This document shows, piece after piece, positions 1 through 9,916 of a DNA stretch of 64,000 bases. Below the pieces are notes generated by a model, which was given only the letters and a program-made list of their open reading frames with translations, was not told where the DNA came from and searched no databases. This stretch comes from Candidatus Poribacteria bacterium (lineage in GTDB: Bacteria; Poribacteria; WGA-4E; PCPOR2b). The stretch is taken from NCBI GenBank assembly GCA_965215015.1, contig OZ244042.1:672001-736000 (forward strand), written 5' to 3'. A program made the position numbers and the translations under genes. How positions within the stretch are numbered: position 1 is the stretch's first letter; each line of letters opens with the position of its first letter.

Positions 1-318
1 GAGGAGGTATCTCTGGAGTTGAATCTCTAAGCCTGTTTCTTCATAGGCTTCGCGTCGCGCGCCTATTTCAAAATCCTCCCCCCGTTCAACGCCACCGCTG
101 GGTGGACGATAGACCTCGAGAGGATAGCTCGGTTTTCGGATAACGGCAATCTTATCACCCTTGGAAATGAATACAGTTACGTCGTGTGCACGTCCGTGTC
201 GCATACTCCACTTGAGTAGGTCAAACCCCTGTTGATTCATCATGTAGGCGGTGCGAAGAATCCGCGGCACGCCGTACTTCTCTTCAAGTCGATTCAGAAC
301 TTCTTGGGTGATATACAT
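1..318 (-). CDS. NUDIX hydrolase (3' end runs off the window)
   Basis: Manual translation MYITQEVLNRLEEKYG...GGVERGEDFEIGARREAYEETGL contains a Nudix box; absent from the ORF track because it is truncated. Confidence 0.85.
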   Translation of the reverse strand, partial: MYITQEVLNRLEEKYGVPRILRTAYMMNQQGFDLLKWSMRHGRAHDVTVFISKGDKIAVIRKPSYPLEVYRPPSGGVERGEDFEIGARREAYEETGLEIQLQRYLL

Positions 319-380
319 TGCGTGAAACGTGAAAACCATTCGTTCATTGGTGTAGTCGGGCTAGGAAGCCCAACCTACGG

Positions 381-472
381 GGTTCCTAGAAAAAGAAAGT
401 GCCAAAATGCGAAGAGAAACTGGTTTTTTGGCAAAAGCTCGGTTTCTATTGCACGATTTCTTAACATGAGCC
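381..472. mobile_element. ~92-bp MITE-like element, same family as 57274-57364
   Basis: Shares the internal AGAAAC..TTTT..AAAA..GGTTTCT hairpin and the right end TATTGCACGAT.TCTTAACATGA.CC; preceded by a GTAG...CTAC REP-like hairpin at 352-378. Confidence 0.6.
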
Positions 473-477
473 CGATA

Positions 478-1809
478 CTAAATTCCGCCAACGAAACGCC
501 CCACATTCAATAAACCGATTGGATCCAGCTTGGTTTTGATTGCTTCCATCAACTCAAAGCTACGACCGACTGGGCCCCAGACATCAATTTGACGTTTGAG
601 TGCAGTTGGTGCAGACTCAACAATCAGATTCCCGCTAACACTCGCGGCAGTGTCGCGCAAGTTTGCGATTGTGTCGGCGACATGCTGCACCGGAACATCA
701 CTATCGGGGAAATCTGAGAAGATCACATAGACAACGCCATTTCCCATTAATCCCATCGCCTGCACTTGCCAAGAGGTTAATTCATTCGCTTCAAAGGTAG
801 TATTAACGAAGCTTCCAATGTCGGTTATGCGAAGGTTGGCTCGACTGATGACGGTAGAAGCAGCTGATTTGTCCTCTGGGAAAGCACAAATCGATGTGCG
901 AAGCACCTGCTGCTGTTGTCCTTCATACACTTCCACACCAATAGCCCCGTTTTGTTGCGCTATTGTTTTGATAGAATCAATTTGCCATTCAACGGTTTCG
1001 GGCGGCCCGTCCAGTCCAATCATGAGGCAAGGTTCAGGGCTCCCGGTGAGTGATGCACTATTAACAAACAGATTGAGGAAGGTTGGCAGAAGCTGAGAAC
1101 CTGATATTTCTGATCCCATATTTACCGCCTCCCCAATTTCCATAAAGGTTAATAAGACAGTACGTTCAATTTCTGGTAACGGTTGCAGCTTGAGCGAGAC
1201 TTCCGTGATGACCCCCAATGTGCCGAACGATCCGAGGTACAGCTTGTTAAGATCATATCCGGCTACGTTTTTGACAACTTTGCCGCCGCTCTTAACAACG
1301 GCTCCGCTCGATTGGACAACGCGCATCCCAAGCACACGATCTCGGGCACCGCCGTATCGAAGTCGCGAAGGACCGCTGGCATTTGTTGCGGTTATTCCAC
1401 CGATTGTGCATCGGTCAGCGTAGGGCGGATCGAGTGGCAGGTATTGCCCATGTTGAGCCAACCTCGCTTGGAGCGCGGCGAACTGAATCCCTGCTTCTAC
1501 TGTCACCGTTAGGTCGGCGGGTTCATATCCTAATACTTGGTCCAACCTTGACGTTGACAGGACGAGATCAACCTGCTCTGGGGGATTGCCGATCCCTAGC
1601 TTTGTCCCGCTCCCCGCAGGGATAACCGATAGCCCGCTATCCGTGGCATAGCCCAACACCTCTTGAATTTCGTGAGTTGACGCAGGCAGAACGACGGCTT
1701 GGGGACCAATACCGTCAATTGCATAACGGCTCAGTTGATCGTCAGAAAGTACCCCCGTTTCGCCAACAATTTGAACCAAATCTTTGTGCAACTGATTTGA
1801 GCTAGACAT
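478..1809 (-). CDS. glcE: FAD-binding oxidoreductase, glycolate oxidase GlcE-like subunit
   Basis: GGKVVKNVAGYDLNKL motif, EPADLTVTVEAG, C-terminal KLDP.GLLN.GRF. Confidence 0.8.
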   Translation of the reverse strand: MSSSNQLHKDLVQIVGETGVLSDDQLSRYAIDGIGPQAVVLPASTHEIQEVLGYATDSGLSVIPAGSGTKLGIGNPPEQVDLVLSTSRLDQVLGYEPADLTVTVEAGIQFAALQARLAQHGQYLPLDPPYADRCTIGGITATNASGPSRLRYGGARDRVLGMRVVQSSGAVVKSGGKVVKNVAGYDLNKLYLGSFGTLGVITEVSLKLQPLPEIERTVLLTFMEIGEAVNMGSEISGSQLLPTFLNLFVNSASLTGSPEPCLMIGLDGPPETVEWQIDSIKTIAQQNGAIGVEVYEGQQQQVLRTSICAFPEDKSAASTVISRANLRITDIGSFVNTTFEANELTSWQVQAMGLMGNGVVYVIFSDFPDSDVPVQHVADTIANLRDTAASVSGNLIVESAPTALKRQIDVWGPVGRSFELMEAIKTKLDPIGLLNVGRFVGGI

Positions 1810-1818
1810 ATCAATAAG

Positions 1819-2517
1819 TTACTCAACCCCGAAGCTATCGAATTTGATAATTGCGGGCCTGCTGTCTCCGTGTTGAGATTTTCCGTACACGCCCACCACC
1901 CCCGGTCTTAGGGATCGTTCGTGAAAGCGTCCGATATTCTCGCCGTTGATCGAAAGTGTCACATTTTGACCCACTTGGCGGACGGAAAGCTTGATCGGGG
2001 CATCCTTTTGAAAGGAGATTTCGCGTGTACGAATATCCGGCGCACGCATGCTCCTTCCACCGACATGCCCTTCGACTCCAACATTACATCGTTTACCGAA
2101 GGGGTCTGCCCCCGCCGGACGGTACACATAAAATAGAATCTGTGAGCTTTTACCTCGGACAGCGAAAGCGATACCAACGGATTCACCGACATTAGGCGGA
2201 ATCACTTCGGCGGTTACGGTGTACTCCTTCATTGTTGAACTTTCGGCGGAGGATAACAGGATTGTATCCTCCTGTCCGGCTTGTAAATGTAGCATTCCTC
2301 CTTCGATTTTATGGGGTGCTTCGACCATAAATAGGGATCCATCTGATTGATCGAAGGTGTCCATCTTTGGGGTCTCGGCGGGTGTAGCTTCCGCTTCGGT
2401 TGACTCAGCCATCGCGGGTTGGGCTGCTTCCGGGGTACTGGCTGGAGGAGCACACCCAATTTCGATTGCTACAATTGTAACCAGGACCAGTTGTAAGGCT
2501 TGGTTCCAGTGTTTCAT
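1819..2517 (-). CDS. Hypothetical exported protein, probable lipoprotein (Pro/Ala/Glu linker, beta-rich domain)
   Basis: N-terminal hydrophobic stretch ending in IGC; GAGGAG RBS. Confidence 0.6.
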   Translation of the reverse strand: MKHWNQALQLVLVTIVAIEIGCAPPASTPEAAQPAMAESTEAEATPAETPKMDTFDQSDGSLFMVEAPHKIEGGMLHLQAGQEDTILLSSAESSTMKEYTVTAEVIPPNVGESVGIAFAVRGKSSQILFYVYRPAGADPFGKRCNVGVEGHVGGRSMRAPDIRTREISFQKDAPIKLSVRQVGQNVTLSINGENIGRFHERSLRPGVVGVYGKSQHGDSRPAIIKFDSFGVE

Positions 2518-2543
2518 GAGACACTCCTCTCTGATGTAGATGG

Positions 2544-3953
2544 TTATAACCCAAGTTTCGCGTATGATTCGGCGGTTGGGAATATTTTACCGGGGTTACA
2601 CAATCCTGACGGGTTGAAGATCTCTTTAACGGTTACCATCACCGCCAAGTCTTCAGGACTGAAAATCAACGGCATATAATCCATCTTTTCAACCCCGATG
2701 CCGTGTTCGCCTGTGATTGTCCCACCGGCTTCGGCACACGCGCTGAGAATCTCCATATTCACCGCTTCAACTCGCTCACACTGGTCCGCGTCGCGTTCAT
2801 CAAACAGGACGATCGGGTGAATATTTCCGTCGCCTGCGTGAAACACATTAGCGATTGGAATGTCGTACTTTTCAGAAATTTCTGCGACTCTTCTGAGGAC
2901 TTTGGGTAGCTGCGTGCGAGGCACCACCCCATCCTGTGTGATATAGTTGGGTGCAAGGCGCCCAAACGACCCGAAGGCACTTTTACGCGATTTCCAAATC
3001 TGCTGTCGGTCCTCCTCATCTTTGGCATAGCGAGTCTCGCGGCAGTTGTTCTCATTGAAGATTTCAGTTATCTGCTCTGCTTGCTGCTGCATTCCAGCCT
3101 TTATGCCGTCCAATTCGACGATGAGGACAGCACCGGCATCAAGCGGGAATCCCCAGTGGAATGCCTCTTCAACCGCTTTGATAACAAAGTGGTCCATCAT
3201 CTCCAGCGCAGCGGGAATGATACCTTTCGCGATAATACTAGAAACAACGTTAGACGCATCGTCAATCGTCTCAAATACACCGAGCAGGGTTTGGTACCCT
3301 TCCGGCTTGCGTAAGAGCCGGACGACCGCCTTTGTCACGATGCCGAAGGTCCCTTCTGAACCGATTATAACACCCCGAATGTCGTAGCCGGGTGTTTCTT
3401 CAACGGCACCGCCGAACTCGACAATCTCGCCATCAGTCAACACCACTTCTAAGCCAAGAACGTGGTTTGAGGTAACGCCATATTTGAGTGTGTGGGGACC
3501 GCCGGAGTTTTCAGCGATGTTTCCGCCGATGCTACAAGCCTGCTGACTAGAGGGGTCCGGTGCGTAGTAGTACCCATCATCTTGAACGGCTTGTGTCAAC
3601 CAAAGGTTTACAACACCCGGTTCTACTACCGCTTGTTGGTTCGCTGTATCGATCTCAAGGATACGATTCATTCGGTTCAGCGCAATAATGATGCCGCCGT
3701 TGACAGGCAACATGCCGCCACTCAAGCCGGTTCCTGCTCCCCGCGCAATGAAGGGCACGTTATGCTTGTTTGCCACCTTGACTATCGCTGAAACCTCCTG
3801 TGCGGTTGTCGGAAAAACGACAACATCGGGGAGTGCTTTGAACACGGTTGCCCCGTCGCATTCATAAACGGAAAGCGAGGTGGGATCGGTGATTACATGC
3901 TCCGATCCAACAATATTTGACAGTTCGGAAATGAGTGGGTCATTTTCTTTCAT
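2544..3953 (-). CDS. glcD: Glycolate oxidase FAD-linked subunit GlcD
   Basis: RGAGTGLSGG, APDPSSQ.ACSIGGN, HAGDGNIHP and GEHGIG motifs. Confidence 0.88.
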   Translation of the reverse strand: MKENDPLISELSNIVGSEHVITDPTSLSVYECDGATVFKALPDVVVFPTTAQEVSAIVKVANKHNVPFIARGAGTGLSGGMLPVNGGIIIALNRMNRILEIDTANQQAVVEPGVVNLWLTQAVQDDGYYYAPDPSSQQACSIGGNIAENSGGPHTLKYGVTSNHVLGLEVVLTDGEIVEFGGAVEETPGYDIRGVIIGSEGTFGIVTKAVVRLLRKPEGYQTLLGVFETIDDASNVVSSIIAKGIIPAALEMMDHFVIKAVEEAFHWGFPLDAGAVLIVELDGIKAGMQQQAEQITEIFNENNCRETRYAKDEEDRQQIWKSRKSAFGSFGRLAPNYITQDGVVPRTQLPKVLRRVAEISEKYDIPIANVFHAGDGNIHPIVLFDERDADQCERVEAVNMEILSACAEAGGTITGEHGIGVEKMDYMPLIFSPEDLAVMVTVKEIFNPSGLCNPGKIFPTAESYAKLGL

Positions 3954-4088
3954 TGGAGAGATCTCCTAGAGTGAAAGGTGCAGCGTAAATAGTCAGGATT
4001 CATTATGGGTTCATTAGTTCATCGATATATTGGATCACTAATGAGCTAATGACCCCATGAACTCAATAGCCTCAACTCACACCAAGGA

Positions 4089-5045
4089 TTAAATAATCTT
4101 CAACTCGTCATCTGAATCTTGGTCATCGAGCTCTTCCACAAGTTGATTAGCTATATGATGGAACGCTTGGGATTGCGGTAAATCGGGATGAGATGCGACA
4201 ATGGGCACGCCAAGGTCGCCGGCGGTACAAACTTCGGCGTCAAGGGGAATCTCTCCTAAGAACCGGGTTCCTAGTTTTTCACTAATTTTGACTCCGCCAT
4301 CCCTTCGGAAGATGTCTGTTCTTTCCCCACAGTGAGGACACGCAAAATAGCTCATGTTTTCGACGACGCCCAGAATTGGCACACCCAACTTATCAAACAT
4401 GGCGGCACCGCGTCGGACATCAGCGAGCGCAACATCCTGCGGCGTCGTCACAATTATACCGCCTGTCAAGGGAATCGACTGCGTTAAAGAGAGGGCGACA
4501 TCCCCTGTACCGGGTGGCAGATCGATGATGAGATAATCGAGCTCGCCCCAAATTACATCGCCCAGAAATTGACGAACTGCACTGTGTAACATGGGCCCCC
4601 GCCAAATCAATGCCTGCTCATCAGGGACGAGGAAGCCGATGGACATCAGCTTGATGCCGTGCCGGACAATTGGGATGAGTTTCTTCTCTGGACTGGTCTG
4701 TGGCTGCTCTTTCGCCCCCATCATGGTGGGGATGCTGGGCCCGTAGGCGTCCGCGTCCATCAGCCCGACTTGCGCCCCGTTTCGCGCTAAAGCGATTGCG
4801 AGATTGGTCGCAACTGTTGATTTACCGACACCGCCTTTTCCACTCGCCACAGCAATTTTAGACTTAACGTTTGGGATGAGGATATTTTGCGGTTGTCCTT
4901 GGTGGGGCATTCCTGTTTGTGGGGTGGTGGGTCTGCCAGCCGGCACAGCATCTGCCATTTTGAGTTCTGGATGGCTCGTCATGCGCGGTCTGGCTGCCTC
5001 TGGATTTTTTGGTTCTATTTTCTTGTCTTTTTTGAACAAGTTCAT
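4089..5045 (-). CDS. mrp: Mrp/NBP35 (ApbC) Fe-S cluster carrier ATPase
   Basis: SGKGGVGKST, DLPPGTGD and ENMS..CPHC; ATGA overlap with iscS. Confidence 0.92.
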   Translation of the reverse strand: MNLFKKDKKIEPKNPEAARPRMTSHPELKMADAVPAGRPTTPQTGMPHQGQPQNILIPNVKSKIAVASGKGGVGKSTVATNLAIALARNGAQVGLMDADAYGPSIPTMMGAKEQPQTSPEKKLIPIVRHGIKLMSIGFLVPDEQALIWRGPMLHSAVRQFLGDVIWGELDYLIIDLPPGTGDVALSLTQSIPLTGGIIVTTPQDVALADVRRGAAMFDKLGVPILGVVENMSYFACPHCGERTDIFRRDGGVKISEKLGTRFLGEIPLDAEVCTAGDLGVPIVASHPDLPQSQAFHHIANQLVEELDDQDSDDELKII

Positions 5046-6262
5046 GATGGCTCTCCATTTTTTGATATTGCTGCGCTGTAGTTTCCACCCGGCACCATTT
5101 CGTAGAGAGGAGACAACTCACGCAACCGGGCGACCTGTGATGCGACACACTCAACAACCGTGGTAACCTCCTCTGTTGTATTGTAGCGTCCCAATCCAAA
5201 TCGGACAGCACCGAGGGCAAGTTCGTCTCTAACACCCATCGCACGTAAGACATAGGAGGGTTCAACAGAGTCGGAGTTGCAGGCGGATCCCGATGAAAGT
5301 GCTATCCCTTTTAAGCCCGACAGTATTGCCTGACTCTCGACAAACTCAAAGCTAAGGTTGAGATTGCCGGGAAGACGTTGTATCGGATGCCCGTTAAGGT
5401 GGACTCGATCGATTCGTTTGTCTAATCCGTAATAGAGCTGCGACCATAGGGCAAAGATTCGTGTCGTTTCTTCCTCCATCTCGTGCTTGCACAGCTCACA
5501 GGCTGCCCCGAAACCGGCGATGCCGGGGACATTGAGCGTCCCTGATCTGATGTTATTCTCCTGACCGCCGCCATGTAGCAGTGGATACAGTTGGATCGGT
5601 GGATTTTTCTTACGGACGTAGAGGGCACCGATTCCTTTGGGGCCGTACATCTTGTGGGCGGTGAATGACATCAGATCCACTTTCAGTTCGTTGACATCCG
5701 ATTCAATTTTGCCAATCCCTTGCGTCGCATCGGAATGGAAAAGTATACCATATTGCTCTGCGATTTCACCCACCGTTGTGATGGGGTTGATTGTTCCGAC
5801 TTCGCCATTGACATAAATGAGGCTAATCAGTACGGTCTGGTCTGTGATAGCATCTTCGACATGCTGCGGATAAACCAATCCATACTTGTCCACGGGGAGG
5901 TAGGTCACATCAAACCCCGATTCCTCTAATGCCTTGCATGAATCCAAAACCGCGTGGTGTTCGACAGCACTGGTGATGATGTGATTCCCCCGATCTCTAT
6001 ACTGATAGGCAACCCCCTTGACCGCGAGATTATCCGATTCCGTCGCGCCACTGGTGAATATAATCTCCTCTGCTGAACAACCGATCAGATCTGCGACCTG
6101 ACCACGCGCAGTGTCCACCGCATCCTTCGCACGTTCCCCGAATAGATGTGTGCTACTGGCAGCGTTCCCAAAATGGGTAGTCAGGTGCGGCATCATCGCT
6201 TTCAGTACCCGTGGATCGATGGGTGTGGTGGCGTGGCTATCCATGTAGATTAGTTCTTGCAT
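5042..6262 (-). CDS. iscS: Cysteine desulfurase, IscS type
   Basis: SGATESDN, TAHKMYGPKG, SSGSAC. Confidence 0.9.
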   Translation of the reverse strand: MQELIYMDSHATTPIDPRVLKAMMPHLTTHFGNAASSTHLFGERAKDAVDTARGQVADLIGCSAEEIIFTSGATESDNLAVKGVAYQYRDRGNHIITSAVEHHAVLDSCKALEESGFDVTYLPVDKYGLVYPQHVEDAITDQTVLISLIYVNGEVGTINPITTVGEIAEQYGILFHSDATQGIGKIESDVNELKVDLMSFTAHKMYGPKGIGALYVRKKNPPIQLYPLLHGGGQENNIRSGTLNVPGIAGFGAACELCKHEMEEETTRIFALWSQLYYGLDKRIDRVHLNGHPIQRLPGNLNLSFEFVESQAILSGLKGIALSSGSACNSDSVEPSYVLRAMGVRDELALGAVRFGLGRYNTTEEVTTVVECVASQVARLRELSPLYEMVPGGNYSAAISKNGEPS

Positions 6263-6283
6263 TGCTGCTTACCTCCATTTCAC

Positions 6284-6370
6284 TTATTCCGTACAACCTT
6301 CAAAATATAGTGGATTGTCATTCTCAAGTGTCAAAAAAATGTCCGTATCCAAAACCGTTTTAGGCGGCAT
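6284..6370 (-). pseudogene. Truncated PIN/VapC toxin remnant (28 aa)
   Basis: MPPKTVLDTDIF resembles the PIN N-terminal LDT.I motif; AAGGAG RBS; lies immediately downstream of the antitoxin. Confidence 0.55.
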
Positions 6371-6397
6371 CAATCCGTACTCCTTGTGCCAAAAAAA

Positions 6398-6595
6398 TTA
6401 CTCCAACTTAAGTGCAATCCGTTCAACTTCGTCAAAAATACCGTCGTAGACACAGACCGCGAGTTTCAGGGATTCCGGTTCTGTTTCATTATCAACGGTG
6501 ATACGGACGTGCGTTCCTTTGGCAATTTTGATTATATTGGATTGCACTGGTCGGAATGTGCCATTTTTATAGATAGCATCAATTAGGTGTTTCAT
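6398..6595 (-). CDS. Antitoxin family protein (DUF104/AF2212-like)
   Basis: IDAIYKNGTFRP...GTHVRITV pattern. Confidence 0.7.
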   Translation of the reverse strand: MKHLIDAIYKNGTFRPVQSNIIKIAKGTHVRITVDNETEPESLKLAVCVYDGIFDEVERIALKLE

Positions 6596-7049
6596 CTAAG
6601 TCACCTTCACTGCCTTATCAATCTGCCTCCATTTGACGCGCCGGTATCATGCGACAATGACGATAGGAGTTGTTCGCTTGCATATCCTAGTAAGTCCTCT
6701 ATCTCATACCATATAGAAGTGTTACTTGGTTCTGCACTCCCTCCGCATGATGATTGCTTTATATCTATGATTTTGATTCTAGGATTAGCTTTAAGCCAAG
6801 TATTAATCTCCCTTTCAAGATCTAATGCTGTTTTTGATATTCTACGAAAGTAACCACCTGATATTGCAAATATTTTAGTTTTCCTGACGCCTCCTTTTCT
6901 TCTTCATTGTTTACAGGCCTAACGAAAAAGTTCAGTTGTGGCAGGGATTTATCCAAACACCTTCGACAAACCAAAACCCACCGCAATCCAAAAACATTGA
7001 TAAAATCACAAATCTCTGCCATCAACTGCAACGGTGGATTAGAATCTAA

Positions 7050-7994
7050 TCAGTTCCGCTTCTCAACTTGTTGTTTTGTATCAAAATCAAATTCTTCTTG
7101 TATTTCCCCTTGTTCCTCATCATATAATTTCCGAACTGATTCCTCAAATTTGTCAATTAAGGGGTCATGATGAATGAGAAACCACTTCTTATGGTTCTCA
7201 AGATATTCTTGTCTGACTTTTTTTATATTTAAATCTAAGGGAATGCGCTCCATTCGAGGGTCTATGCTATCAAACCCTGTGAATTCACCATTCAGGCGCT
7301 CTTTGATCATTTTAACGTATTCTGGATTTAATTCGATACCGATGCAACTTCTGTTTAATTGCTGGCACACCCTTAAAGTGGTGCCACTACCCGAGAACAG
7401 ATCTAAAACCATATCTCCTTCATCGGAGGAGGCGAGTACCATCCTTTCTATTAAACCTTCTGGTTTTTGAGTGGGATGATCTTGTCGATTTTCGTTGCAA
7501 TAATGGACATGAGAAAATTGCCACACATCTCCTGGGTTCGCCCCTCTCATGTTGTTGCGCTCGCGGTAGTATTTCTGAGGTACTCTTATATTGTCTAGGT
7601 TGAACTTAAACGTTTTGCCTTTGGTAAACATTAGAACGTCGTCATGCCTCGGAGAGAATCCCTTTGTTCTTCCTATTCCTTGTGTGTAGTGCCAGCAAAT
7701 CCAACTGTTGAAACACATTTGGAGCCCGCGGTCGAGTATATCGTACAAATAAGAGATGAATCGAAAACCCATAAACACATAAACAGTTCCCGTTGGCTTA
7801 AGAATTCTACGCGCTTCCGTTAGCCAGAGTGTTGAAAACTTGAGATACTCGTTGAAGTCCTTCAGGTCGTAGTTATTGCCGTATTCTTTGCCTAAGTTAT
7901 AGGGGGGGGCAGCAATAATAAGGTCTACCGATTCGCTAGAGATATGCGGGAGTTGTTCCAGAACGTCTCCCTCAATAATTTGCAGGTCACTCAT
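7050..7994 (-). CDS. Beta-class N4/N6 DNA methyltransferase with an altered catalytic motif (APPY)
   Basis: DLIIAAPPYN, HPTQKPEGL, DLFSGSGTT; probable start MSDLQIIEGD. Confidence 0.85.
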   Translation of the reverse strand: MSDLQIIEGDVLEQLPHISSESVDLIIAAPPYNLGKEYGNNYDLKDFNEYLKFSTLWLTEARRILKPTGTVYVFMGFRFISYLYDILDRGLQMCFNSWICWHYTQGIGRTKGFSPRHDDVLMFTKGKTFKFNLDNIRVPQKYYRERNNMRGANPGDVWQFSHVHYCNENRQDHPTQKPEGLIERMVLASSDEGDMVLDLFSGSGTTLRVCQQLNRSCIGIELNPEYVKMIKERLNGEFTGFDSIDPRMERIPLDLNIKKVRQEYLENHKKWFLIHHDPLIDKFEESVRKLYDEEQGEIQEEFDFDTKQQVEKRN

Positions 7995-8026
7995 TCCTGT
8001 ATTCCCCATTGATAGAGATATCAAAT

Positions 8027-8806
8027 TTACCCGTCGTACTTTATCCAACCATACCTTACCGCAAGATCCAGCCAATCTTGGAGCGTTTTTCTGGTAGAAC
8101 TGAGATATTTACGGTCTAACAGTTGACAAAACTCCCAAGTTGCTCTCTTCTCCAATCAGACATAATGAATGTCTTTCACCTGAATCTGTCCCGTACCAAG
8201 GGCTGGATTGTAATTGAAATCTTTTGAAGAAATATATTTGAGATCATAAGCATTATACGCGACAACCTCCATGATTCCATCCATTAAACCCGAGGTTGGA
8301 TTCTTCACCGAGTAAACCCGGTGTTTGAAAGAAAGTATTACAAAAATGTAGTCTGCATCCTCAACGTATGCAGAGCGAATGCGGCTGAAGGAGGTAATGT
8401 TGGGAGATTTGCCGCTTGACTCGATATCCTCGGTTGTTGCCTTAACATCTACTTCTGCAGTAATACCCGATTCGGTCCTCCTCTCTTTCCTGAACTGGAG
8501 AATAACGTCTGCCCTATGAAGCCGTTCTTGCGCTTCGACATTGATCAGCTGGTATTTGTTGTCTTGGTACTTTACCACCTCATGAAATATCTCAAGAGCC
8601 CAGGCCTCTATAAAAGGACCGGCAATTTTGTTGATATTTTCCATCGGCAGTCCCAGCTTGAGATTGGTATTGATGATGATTTTGTTTCTGTCTCCTCCAA
8701 TCGCTTCTTGGATCATTGATTCTACCGAAGATGTCACGAATTCCGAGCACTCTGGATAGTCTTCACTTTCCTGTGGAATTTTAAACTCAAGCTCGTCGTA
8801 CTCCAT
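8027..8806 (-). pseudogene. Type II restriction endonuclease interrupted by an in-frame TGA at 8156-8158
   Basis: PD-(D/E)xK-like AD...EVDVK; the same frame stays open 42 codons past the TGA (LEKRATWEFCQLLDRKY...GWIKYDG*), ending just before the methylase. Confidence 0.7.
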
Positions 8807-8896
8807 GAAAACTCCTATTAGCAGTGGAGGGTCGGCCTGTCAAATTAGCTGAATGAGATTAACGGGAAAGGCCGCCTAAAATAACGTTGGGGCGCC

Positions 8897-9850
8897 CTAA
8901 TGTCTAAGCACCTCCTCACGGTGCCAAGCCAAGGCATCTTGCGCCGGGTAAAGTTGATTGTGTTCCGGCAACAGTATGGACTTATCTTGGAGTTCTGTCA
9001 ACCTCCACTCTGTTGGCCGCTGATCGGACATGAGCGGCGAAACAAGCACTTGATAGGTTTTGCTCAAGGAAATTAATCCTTTATCAAAACTCCAATGGTG
9101 CAGTTTACAAAGGGAGATCCCATTCCGTACGTCGTCATTTTTTGAAATGCGATACGGGATGATATGTGCAGCGTCAGTCGCGCTTTCTCCATCCATTGTA
9201 ACGATACGCAGCCCACAAACAGCGCAGGTGTAATCGTACAATCCCATGATCGCTTGCCGGAAACCTGCACTACGAATTGGCGATTCTGCTGGAATTGGTG
9301 CTGTCAGCTTCTGAGGTAAAAAGGGTTGTTCAACTTCGCTGATTAGTGCCTGTTCATACTCTGTAATCTGTTGTCCTTCTGCAATAAGACCTTCGATTCC
9401 ACCTTTGAACTCTAGAAGATAGACGCAGATAAGGGTCTGACGGATTATCTTTCGATCACCGGCATCAGTGATTAAAACAAAGAGGTCGTCATCCAAACTC
9501 GCATACGCGATAACTTCACGGAGACGAGAAATTGCTGTAATTCGATCGGCAACGTCCAATGCCTTTTCGTATCCAATGTTTGGGTGGAAATGCCAGAATC
9601 CATCGCTTTTTAAGTGGAAAAATGGCAAGGCGATATTAGGTTTCCGATTCGTTACCTTTGACCAATATCTCATGAAAGCCTCTGTCAAATCTGGGGAGAG
9701 GGGAATTTTATTTTCCCGAATTTGTCCTCGCTCAATTAGTTCGATAACGGCCAACAACAGAAGCGGCTTGTGAGGAGCGACTCCGTGTGCCCTGTCTACC
9801 CGCAAGCGTTTCATCTTTTGGACATATTTTTGTAAGGTATCGGTGGACAT
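8897..9850 (-). CDS. SBD-HNH endonuclease (phosphorothioate-dependent type IV restriction family)
   Basis: N-terminal APHKPLLLL...PFFHL.SDGFW and C-terminal CAVC...DAAHI...NGISLCKLHHWSFD. Confidence 0.82.
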   Translation of the reverse strand: MSTDTLQKYVQKMKRLRVDRAHGVAPHKPLLLLAVIELIERGQIRENKIPLSPDLTEAFMRYWSKVTNRKPNIALPFFHLKSDGFWHFHPNIGYEKALDVADRITAISRLREVIAYASLDDDLFVLITDAGDRKIIRQTLICVYLLEFKGGIEGLIAEGQQITEYEQALISEVEQPFLPQKLTAPIPAESPIRSAGFRQAIMGLYDYTCAVCGLRIVTMDGESATDAAHIIPYRISKNDDVRNGISLCKLHHWSFDKGLISLSKTYQVLVSPLMSDQRPTEWRLTELQDKSILLPEHNQLYPAQDALAWHREEVLRH

Positions 9851-9916
9851 CTTTTTTTGTATCCTACTACAATCACTCAGGGTTAATCAACAGTAAAATC
9901 GCCAGACGTTCAATTC

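Noticed and set aside
5042-6262. IscS acting as DndA of a phosphorothioation system
   Set aside because: No dndBCDE/ssp genes in the window; it is coupled to mrp, which fits Fe-S assembly
6600-7031. Additional defence gene between the methylase and the antitoxin
   Set aside because: AT-rich with only short ORFs and no identifiable motif
8156-8158. Selenocysteine or recoded TGA in the nuclease
   Set aside because: TGA is a normal stop in many genes here, no SECIS was recognised, and it is not a redox-type site
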